This document shows positions 55,767 through 64,000 of a stretch of DNA of 64,000 bases, one piece after another; positions within the stretch are counted from its first letter, which is position 1; each line of letters starts with the position of its first letter. The notes beneath the pieces were generated by a model. The model ran no database searches, had not been told where the DNA came from, and saw only the letters and a program-made list of their open reading frames with translations. The stretch spans positions 868,001-932,000 of the forward strand of contig JBDOQK010000002.1 in the NCBI GenBank assembly GCA_040437565.1, given 5' to 3'. Source of the stretch: Albugo candida. Its lineage: Eukaryota. The translations under genes were made by a program, and so were the position numbers.

Positions 55767-56775
55767 CTATGGAATCTATAGCAGCTGCATTACATTCTTC
55801 ATGCATTGCTTTCATACCGTCTGGTTGGAAAACGAATAATGCTTGTTCAAAACAAAGCTGCTGAATTTATTTTTGACGACACGTGCATACACGTACACAG
55901 CTCAGCTCAATTCATGGCAGATAACAAGTCTCTATGTACAAGTCCCAAGCATATTTCATTTATGGTCCGTCGAATCATCTACGGATATGCCCTCCAAGCA
56001 TCCATGGCTCATCATGGCGAACGAATCAGCGCATAACAAACAGAAGGGGTTGACCACCTTCTTGCCTGAACGACACACTCTGCCAGATCTCGTTCGACAG
56101 CGGTGTGTGTTGGCTCTGCAGAGGTTCGCGGATGAAGAGATGGACCGTGTAAGATGCGTACTTGCAGCATACAGTCTACAGCGAATTTCTTATTTATTCA
56201 AAGCGGTTCGATGTATTTGGAGCAACCAAATACACTCATACTAGTGGAAGCTTGGTAAAGGGTATAGGCAAGAGGCTGTTACGAATGGATCAAGGCCTGA
56301 AGTAGGGCCGTTTATATTAGACTACAACTATATTTGTCAATATGCATAATGCATACATATCCTATATATTGCCTTATAAGTAACCGTTTTTGTTAACTAC
56401 CATGTTGCGTTTATCACACCCCGTCTACACTATCAATCTCTTATTAATATACAGTGACTGTGTATTATAGACTTCTAATAGGAACGCCATGTCATACCGC
56501 ACGCATACTCCCGATGCCGCTATTTTTAGATTCCACGGTACACCTTACCGCCATATCTAATAATAGCGCTTCCACCGCATGAGTTGCATGAAATCAATGC
56601 GTACGCCTCATTCTGTGTGTCCTTTGTAGCAACTTACGCATTGCAAAAGACACACGAAATGAGACATACCCATTGNNNNNNNNNNNNNNNNNNNNNNNNN
56701 NNNNNNNNNNNNNNNNNNNNNNNNNNNNNNNNNNNNNNNNNNNNNNNNNNNNNNNNNNNNNNNNNNNNNNNNNNN

Positions 56776-57254
56776 AAATTATCGAGCTCAAGCGCGAAGG
56801 TGATTTGAAGACCTCAGAACTGACGGATGAACAAACGGATCGTATTTCGACCGAGCTTCTTTACCAAAAGCAACATCAATGCGACGAATCAAAGATGAAG
56901 CAACTAGAGCAAGCTAATTTGAAGCTCAAATCGGAGGTGGTGGAGTCACGTGCAATGCTTGAAGATTTCAAAGCGTTTATGGAGAATGAGCTCAATCATT
57001 TGGGAAGTATCAAAACGGATATTGATGAAAGAATGATGCGTTCAATGGAATATGAAGAAGATGGATATACCGATTGCGACCAAGGAGACGCAGTCGGTGG
57101 GCATCAAGTGCACTCGGAAAATGACCTCATTCCGTCATTGAAGATGCATATACATATGGTGGAATTGAAGCTCAAGAACAGCGAGTACAACAATCACATA
57201 CTGCAAATGCAACTGGATCGGATGCGAAATGAACTTGACAGTCAGCAAAACTAG
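56776..57254 (+). CDS. 3' fragment of a coiled-coil hypothetical protein (5' end in gap)
   Basis: Open frame of about 159 codons from the gap to TAG, with heptad-like MKQLEQANLKLKSEVVESRAML and LQMQLDRMRNELD. Confidence 0.5.
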
Positions 57255-57542
57255 CAGGACGTCGCATGCAACTGGAAACCAGCACCCGACGCATTTTCCA
57301 TGGCCTCATTACATCATTATGGTTTAATGCAAAAGTGCTGGATTGGTGACCTCATTACGTCATCATGTATTCAGCTCTTCTTGGTCGAGTTGCAGAATTC
57401 AATCAGGACGTCGCAAGCAATTGCAAAGCCAGCACCCAACGCAAATTTTCATGACCCTATTACGTCATTATGGTGCAAAGCGAAAGTGCTGGATGACCTC
57501 ATTACGTCATCATGTATTTAGCTCTTCTTGGTCGAGTTGCAG
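57255..57542. repeat. Two-copy imperfect direct tandem repeat, period 149 bp
   Basis: Units 57255-57395 and 57404-57542 both start caggacgtcgca and end gctcttcttggtcgagttgcag. Confidence 0.88.
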
Positions 57543-58340
57543 TACTTAATTGTAATTAATAGAAGTTTGTTTTGCTATTCCGGTAGTAATTTATCCTAAT
57601 ATGCTTACAGGGATCCGATTTTTATTACATCGTACGTTATAATGCTACTAGCCCTGGGCTAATGCGATTATAGTCATTTTGGGTGATATGTACTTCATAT
57701 TTGACTGATGTTCCCAAGCATTTACATATACGATTGACAATGTGGATAACCTCATACAAGTGCACACTATCAAATTTGAAAATAATAAGGCTCCTGGGGA
57801 TAGTTGAAGCTCTTGCGATTTTACGTAGTAGTAGATGTCGTTTCGGTGCGCACAGTATCTTCATGCAAATACTAGCAGTCACCCCTCTAGGAATTCTTGC
57901 ATGTACCTCTACCAATCTTCATCATCGATCCAAATGAAGTCCGGCATTCCTGTCGCGTGTAAATTGATCAAGTCTCAACTATGTATGAAGTTTTCTACCA
58001 ATCTTCCTAATTCAGCATCTCTTGATCTAGATATTTGGGCCTTAAAGACTCCCCGGTCGTAATCGCATTGCTTAACAAGCATACCATGTGCTCATACCTT
58101 CCGATTATAACTTATACCTCGATTTTGCCTAATCTTTCCCCGATACATTCTTCGACGCACCTGCTCAACTGTCAGAGCTTGTCGAGAGGTCGACTTCGCT
58201 CAATATCAAATTATAGCGCGAGGCGAAAAGTCTGGAACTAAAATAGGCGATCCAATTAGATCGACTGACCAACTTGATTCACAGCGATGCTCCTTCCATC
58301 AGACGTGTAGCAAAGTGTTGAATCTGAATTGCCGAGAAAA

Positions 58341-60956
58341 ATGAAAACTGCATCGAGGAAACACGGTCCTGTCAGTGATCATGGTTCTTTCCCAAGCGGT
58401 ACAAAGCAAGTCTTCGATGCTATGGCTCCTGGAGTAGACTCGCGTACCTTCAAAATTCATGCAGCCAAAAAAGCCAACGACTCAAATCCTATTGCTGCAA
58501 AAACATGTGAGAACGATTGCTATGCGCTTCAGTACCTCCCAGAGCCGATTCCAAGTCAATTTTCAAAAAACAAGGCAAGAACGTACAACACACTTCAAAT
58601 TGAAAAACGATTAGCTGTAAAAAATTGTAAGCAAACCAAGGTTACGATTGTCGGAGAAGGCTTTAAGAGGAATATCAATCAATGCACCCCCATAGACTAT
58701 ACAAAATTGAACACTGAAGATAATATTATTCTGTCGGAGCACAGTCACACCACCGATTCTGGTGGTAGGGGAACGACCATGCTGTTGTCCGAAGAAGATG
58801 CGCTTCAATCGCGTCTCATTATGTCGGAGACTTTCGAATCACAAGGACAAAATGAGAAATATCCGATAGAATCGGCACATGTTGATTTAATCGAGAATGC
58901 TCCGCAGCCGTGTCTTATTGGGTTTGATACATCAGATCCTACCCATGATGACTCTGAAACATTACAAAGAGAATCAGGAGTCTTCTCCGATAAGGAGTTC
59001 AGTAATGATTTCGACGAAAAACCTCCTTTGGAAGCGACAATCACATCTATTTCTGAGGTACCGGAGCTTTCGGAATCTATCGCTCAAGATTCCGATCAGA
59101 GTCAACAACGACTTGAGTGGGATTCACTGGACCTAACCATACAAAGACTAGAGGCGTTTGTCGCAATACATAACAAGAGTGTACACCTAAGCGCATGCGA
59201 GGATGGAATAAAGTTATATGATATTCCAAAGACGCGTAATGAAATGGATCTCGAGCTACTCGGTATCAGTTCGTTTGTATTGTGGTGGTCCTCTCCACAC
59301 AATCAACAACGATCTTCTTTCCTCGACAATTTGCAGAAGGAAGCCTTAGGTGATAAGAACATTCTCAGGGCGTGGATTGATAGTATTGAGAAAGAAGGTG
59401 AGCAACAGGACATACTATGCATGCTATCGAAACTGCTAGAGTCCAGTGAGCACGACGAAACCACTTCAGATCTAAAAAAACTTGCTGGATTCTACTTTTC
59501 CTCCAAAAGCGCTCGCTTGACCCATCTCGAATATAAAGTATCGGCTATCGAACGAGAATGTATGAAAAAACAAACCGATGAAATCCCTCGCGAAGAATCA
59601 GTACCGATACTTGAAGCTATTCCAAGACCACAGAACGCCTTTGTCGATTTCAGAGTCACATTGGAAATCTCTCAAGCAGGCTTGGAAACGCCTAGTCCGG
59701 AATCTTCTATTCTAGAGGGGATGCAAACAAACGAATCAGAGGAAGATTCCTACGATGAAAGACAATGTGCTCAACATTATAACAATGATGCACAAGAGTC
59801 ATTTAACTGGCCACTAGGAGTCAACGAGCCCAACGCCGAGATTGCAGATGCAAAAGAGATTGAGAGCCACGAAATAGTGCCCGAAGGGTGTTTTGACTAC
59901 CCCGATTCTGATATCTTTTCAAATGTTGCAGCCGAATTTGACGACGCATCTTATCGCTCACTAAGTTCAGATAATGGTAGTGGTAACGATGAGTTTGAGG
60001 AGGTCAAAGACGAAGAACATTTACGGATGCATCCCATCACCTTAATCGAACCTTCGAAAGAAAAGAATGGTGGTAAGGAGGAGGAATTACTTGAAGCTGT
60101 TAAACGACAATGGAATATCATCCAGCAACGCCAAAAGCGAATTGAGGTATTGCTGCTGAACGAAGAGAGAGCGAACATGGAAGCAGAAGATGCTCGAGAA
60201 CGCACCTTTCTCTCCGTTTTGATGTCAGAAAGAACACAAATGCAGAATGAAGATCAACTTGCAAAGGAAACTCGGCAGAAACAACGTCGCGCTATTGTAT
60301 TTGAAGCGAGGCGATGGCTTTACGATCAAGCTGAAATACAGCAAGAAGACCAGCGATCAGCTCAGTATGAGGAAGAAAGCAGTTTACAACGCAAAGAGAA
60401 TGAGGAAATAGCCATTTCACCGAAAAGACATGAGATACCATTCCAACCTCTTGATTTTCCATCAACGATTAGCCCTTTACAAATGCTGAACGAGCCGGTG
60501 AAAAAATTAAAAAAGCTTTGCGGCTCATACGCCATACCCTTTGCCGATACAATTACCGAAGAAGAGCTTTCACGAGATACATACGTCGCATCCGCGTCCA
60601 AAAAATTCTATCAGCTTCTTGGTCTTAGGGATCTGGGCGGTGATTTCTCATTAAAGGGTAGTAGAACGAAGAGCTTGTTCCTTCCATTCCCATCAAAAAG
60701 TCATGAATCGCACAACAAGAAGAATTCCCTTTCAAAAAATGCACCTTCACGAGCTTATTGCGTCAATCCTAGTACTGACAAAGATTGCAGTGCCTTTCCA
60801 AAGCTTGTTACCAAGTCAAGTTGGAAGTATAAAGTCAATGATCCCTTCGTTGAGCCTGATAACAATGTTGAAGATAAACGAGCGAGTTTGCCATTTTTTC
60901 GTGGTCATTTTGGCATTCAAGGACGTGGAAAGGTTCATTTGTCGAACCAGAAGTAG
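58341..60956 (+). CDS. Hypothetical acidic/coiled-coil protein (~871 aa)
   Basis: Long uninterrupted ORF with an E/R-rich helical segment (EERANMEAEDARER...ERTQMQNEDQ). No recognisable family motif. Confidence 0.7.
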   Translation: MKTASRKHGPVSDHGSFPSGTKQVFDAMAPGVDSRTFKIHAAKKANDSNPIAAKTCENDCYALQYLPEPIPSQFSKNKARTYNTLQIEKRLAVKNCKQTKVTIVGEGFKRNINQCTPIDYTKLNTEDNIILSEHSHTTDSGGRGTTMLLSEEDALQSRLIMSETFESQGQNEKYPIESAHVDLIENAPQPCLIGFDTSDPTHDDSETLQRESGVFSDKEFSNDFDEKPPLEATITSISEVPELSESIAQDSDQSQQRLEWDSLDLTIQRLEAFVAIHNKSVHLSACEDGIKLYDIPKTRNEMDLELLGISSFVLWWSSPHNQQRSSFLDNLQKEALGDKNILRAWIDSIEKEGEQQDILCMLSKLLESSEHDETTSDLKKLAGFYFSSKSARLTHLEYKVSAIERECMKKQTDEIPREESVPILEAIPRPQNAFVDFRVTLEISQAGLETPSPESSILEGMQTNESEEDSYDERQCAQHYNNDAQESFNWPLGVNEPNAEIADAKEIESHEIVPEGCFDYPDSDIFSNVAAEFDDASYRSLSSDNGSGNDEFEEVKDEEHLRMHPITLIEPSKEKNGGKEEELLEAVKRQWNIIQQRQKRIEVLLLNEERANMEAEDARERTFLSVLMSERTQMQNEDQLAKETRQKQRRAIVFEARRWLYDQAEIQQEDQRSAQYEEESSLQRKENEEIAISPKRHEIPFQPLDFPSTISPLQMLNEPVKKLKKLCGSYAIPFADTITEEELSRDTYVASASKKFYQLLGLRDLGGDFSLKGSRTKSLFLPFPSKSHESHNKKNSLSKNAPSRAYCVNPSTDKDCSAFPKLVTKSSWKYKVNDPFVEPDNNVEDKRASLPFFRGHFGIQGRGKVHLSNQK

Positions 60957-61124
60957 ATGAAAGTGAGAGAAACGGAGATGCATTTACTTAAGTGGTGTAC
61001 GAGAATCCCTTCCAGTTGAATACAGGATTTATGCAGCCGACTTGATTAGATCCAATCCCATCCATCCTATTTACTACCAATCGTGCGCATTGAATAAGAA
61101 AATAGTAGCATTCACTCTGCCATC

Positions 61125-62093
61125 ATGGCATACAATTCTGCGATCTCGCTGCTTTTGATTGTGCTTGTTGTGATTTCAGGTGTTTATGTATTTATAGCGT
61201 CAGCACCAGAAACAAATTTGTAATCAATTGCTTCCCTTCCCGTATTACTACCAATACTAAAGTGTACTGTTTTCTCTCATCAGCAAAGAATGTGAATCGA
61301 TCTCTTTGCAATTTATGATTAAAGGAGTCTTACCAACGTGGTTGCATGGACGAAATGATAAGATCGGTACAGTACGAAGCCTTTGGAGCTGTACAAATCA
61401 ATACAAAGTAGAGCATCCTGTCTTTGTTTTGCTCAGCTTCTGCATCGTTTATATCACTTTGCAAACATTTGCGATTCCTGGACCGATTGTTCTCAGCATT
61501 TTGTCCGGCGCGATGTATCCGTTTTTAAAAGCACAGATTCTTGTCGCATTTTGTGCAACCACCGGAGCGTCCTGCTGCTTTATACTGTCCTATCTATTTG
61601 GTAAAGATCTATTTCAAAGGCTTTGCCCCTCAATGATCGACAGATTCGAACAAAAGGTACGCGGTGTTCAATCCGTGCTTTCTTCCACTCACCATACCAC
61701 GCAGATCAAACAGAATCAAGATAATCTTCTCTATTATCTATTGTTCCTTCGTATAACACCTCTCCTTCCGAATTGGTTTGTTAATATCGCTTGCCCGTTG
61801 GTCGGCGTCAAGTTCCGCTACTTTTTTATAGCGACGCTTATCGGTACGATTATAATTCACTGCAATACGATCGACTCACAACGAAATTTCTTTGTATAGG
61901 TCTTCTACCCGCCAACTTTATTCATATCTCAACAGGTGCCACGTTAAACCAAGCGTCCGGTGATACCAGCAGCAATATGTGGAATTTTCTCATTTTGTTC
62001 CTTCTGCAATTTGTCGCCTTGTTACCAATGCTTTTCAAGAGTAAGTTGACCAAGTTTGAGCAGAGTGCATTTGAGAAAAGTAAGACTAAGTAA
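61125..62093 (+). CDS. TMEM41/Tvp38 (SNARE-associated Golgi, DedA/VTT-domain) membrane protein, multi-exon
   Basis: YITLQTFAIPGPIVLSILSGAMY, CATTGASCCFILS and YLLFLRITPLLPNWFVNIACPLVGV...FFIATLIG|LLPANF are TMEM41-family hallmarks. The C-terminus ends in a dilysine-like KSKTK. Confidence 0.88.
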
Positions 62094-62143
62094 AGATCGA
62101 CCTTCAAGCTTCACCGTATACCCTCGCTAGTTCCTTCATTTAG

Positions 62144-64000
62144 CTAGCCACGGAGAATAAATTTGGCACACATTGGATCCTTTGAACCAGCCTTTTCATC
62201 GTAAACGTCACAATCTGTCTCTGGCCTGATTGCTACGTAATAATCACCACCTTCAGAAATCTTTTGCAACTTCTCATCAAGCTCTGGCTTGTAAACACTC
62301 CAATCATCCACAGTGAGTCGAAAGTTGATTATCCTCGATTTGCCAGCAGGAAGAAAAACTTTGAAGAATTTTTTCAGCATTTTTACCTCGGGGACCGCTA
62401 ATTCCCGAAATGGCTGGATCAAGAAAAGCATGACTGTTTCTTTGCCTGCAAAGGATCCAGTGTTTGTCACACGTACGGAGACATTTATCGCTCCGTTATT
62501 GTCAACTTCCTTGGAGCTCAGACGTAGATCAGAGTAGTTGAACGTTGTATAGCTAAGTCCATGACCGAAATTCCACTCCATTTCACAGGGCAAATAAGTG
62601 CTAGCCTGAGAACACTTGACATTCACGCGGTGATTATAAGGAATGGACGTGCTGGCGGCGTTCTTTGGATATGAAATTGGTAAGCGGCCACTCGGATTCA
62701 CGTCGCCAAATAAGATCTCAGCGATTGCCTGACCACCGACCTCCCCGGGGAGCATGGCGTCTATGACAACAGGAACCTCATTAGCTAAGCCTTGCAGCAG
62801 ACGTGGTCGACCACCAACATACACAACTATGACAGTTGTCCCGGTCGTTTGAATAGCACGAGTGTACTCTAGTTGACCCAAAGGAAGATCCATGTCAGCC
62901 AAGTCGCCTGGTTTTTCTGTGTATGGACCCTCACCAAGAACGACAACTGTGTACATCGCACGTCGCGCATACTCCATCGCTACTGAAAGATTCTCGTTTG
63001 TGAATGTCCCATTGGCATTCAGACCATTGAAATACGTCAACGAAGATCCAGAATCACCATTCAGTATATCGACAATTCCTTTTCTTACTGAACGACCATG
63101 TGGGTGCAAATTGTTGCCAGAAAGACCCTGCCACTGGACAGACCACCCACCACATAGATTTCCAATATCATCTGCAGAATGCCCGGTCAGAAAAATGGAA
63201 GCATTCTTTTGTAACGGTAATATGTTGCCATCGTTTTTTAGCAGTACGATCGATTCACGAGCTAATTCTAACGCCGTATCAACTGATTGTCGGTCTCCAA
63301 CCGTTGCCACTTGTGCGGCGCCAGGGACACTGGTATCATATAACCCCAAGTCGACCTTCAATTGTACAATTCTACGAGCAGACTCTTTGATACGGTTTTG
63401 CAGTGCTGTGTCGGCTTTAGCGGCATTTTTTGCATACTGTATGAAATCTGTATCGATTGGTACCATACTCATATCCACAGAGCTCTTCTGGAGAGACATA
63501 CGCACTGCATCTTCTCGTGTTTTTGCAACCCGATGCCAATCATGTAGGTTATATATCTCAGCATAGTCTGTGACAAGGACGCCATCAAACCCCAAGTCTT
63601 GACGAAGTAATGTTTTAAGTAAGCTCGGCTGAGCAACAGTCGGAATTCCATTGATCGATACATAATTCTCCATGATGGATCGAGCACCAGCTTTGATTCC
63701 GGCAGCGAATGGCGGCACAAAGGTATTCAATAATTCATAGGTAGACAGCGTCACATCTTCACGATCATGGCCTGTGGGTTCTTTGGAATAACCAATAAAA
63801 TGTTTCATGCACGCAGCGGTTGCAGAATTGTTTTGCAATCCTCGTATACTTGCATCTCCCATCACCGAAACAAGATGGGGATCCTCACCGAACGTCTCAT
63901 AAGTCCGTGCCCAATACACATTTCGAGATACTTCCAAAATGGGAGCAAACACCCAAGAGATACCGGCTGCCAAGGTATCTCGACCGGTGATCGCACCGGC
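62144..64000 (-). CDS. Glycoside hydrolase family 3 beta-glucosidase (5' end beyond window)
   Basis: WARTYETFGEDP, ACMKHFIGY, LGFDGVLVTDY (nucleophile Asp), ARESIVLLKN, NPSGRLPISYP, FGHGLSYTTF and a C-terminal FnIII-like domain. Confidence 0.95.
   Translation of the reverse strand, partial: AGAITGRDTLAAGISWVFAPILEVSRNVYWARTYETFGEDPHLVSVMGDASIRGLQNNSATAACMKHFIGYSKEPTGHDREDVTLSTYELLNTFVPPFAAGIKAGARSIMENYVSINGIPTVAQPSLLKTLLRQDLGFDGVLVTDYAEIYNLHDWHRVAKTREDAVRMSLQKSSVDMSMVPIDTDFIQYAKNAAKADTALQNRIKESARRIVQLKVDLGLYDTSVPGAAQVATVGDRQSVDTALELARESIVLLKNDGNILPLQKNASIFLTGHSADDIGNLCGGWSVQWQGLSGNNLHPHGRSVRKGIVDILNGDSGSSLTYFNGLNANGTFTNENLSVAMEYARRAMYTVVVLGEGPYTEKPGDLADMDLPLGQLEYTRAIQTTGTTVIVVYVGGRPRLLQGLANEVPVVIDAMLPGEVGGQAIAEILFGDVNPSGRLPISYPKNAASTSIPYNHRVNVKCSQASTYLPCEMEWNFGHGLSYTTFNYSDLRLSSKEVDNNGAINVSVRVTNTGSFAGKETVMLFLIQPFRELAVPEVKMLKKFFKVFLPAGKSRIINFRLTVDDWSVYKPELDEKLQKISEGGDYYVAIRPETDCDVYDEKAGSKDPMCAKFILRG

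Noticed and set aside
55800-56675. Possible retroelement remnant
   Set aside because: No RT, RNase H, integrase or gag motif could be identified in the short ORFs.
62892-63566. 224-aa ORF antisense to the GH3 gene, and similar short ORFs overlapping long genes
   Set aside because: Shadow ORFs on the opposite strand or in alternative frames of well-supported genes, with no motifs.

Overview
Eukaryotic, gene-dense draft-genome window with short GT-AG introns (about 50-80 nt), very short intergenic spacers and seven 100-N scaffold gaps. Gene content points to an oomycete, probably Albugo-like (inference). About 17 protein-coding loci are present: a VAMP7-type longin R-SNARE, an ankyrin-SAM protein, a TBC1D23-like TBC-rhodanese protein, a UBL-membrane protein, an L7Ae-family protein, a Tudor-PDZ-PDZ protein, a coiled-coil protein, an SKN1/KRE6 GH16 protein, a ubiquitin-eS30 fusion, a bZIP-like factor, an AGC kinase, the LSG1 GTPase, an EF-hand protein, a TMEM41/DedA protein, a GH3 beta-glucosidase and hypotheticals. 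The standout is a 19-kb, 5-exon gene that I reconstruct as a ~6284-aa, probably secreted, adhesin-like protein. It combines bacterial-type cadherin/Ig-like repeats with two 7-repeat ELWxxDGT propellers, each carrying the same unnamed ~140-aa four-cysteine insert. Also notable are near-canonical ubiquitin fused to eS30, a 330-bp near-perfect foldback and a 149-bp tandem repeat rich in bZIP-type sites. The duplications next to N-gaps look like assembly artefacts.
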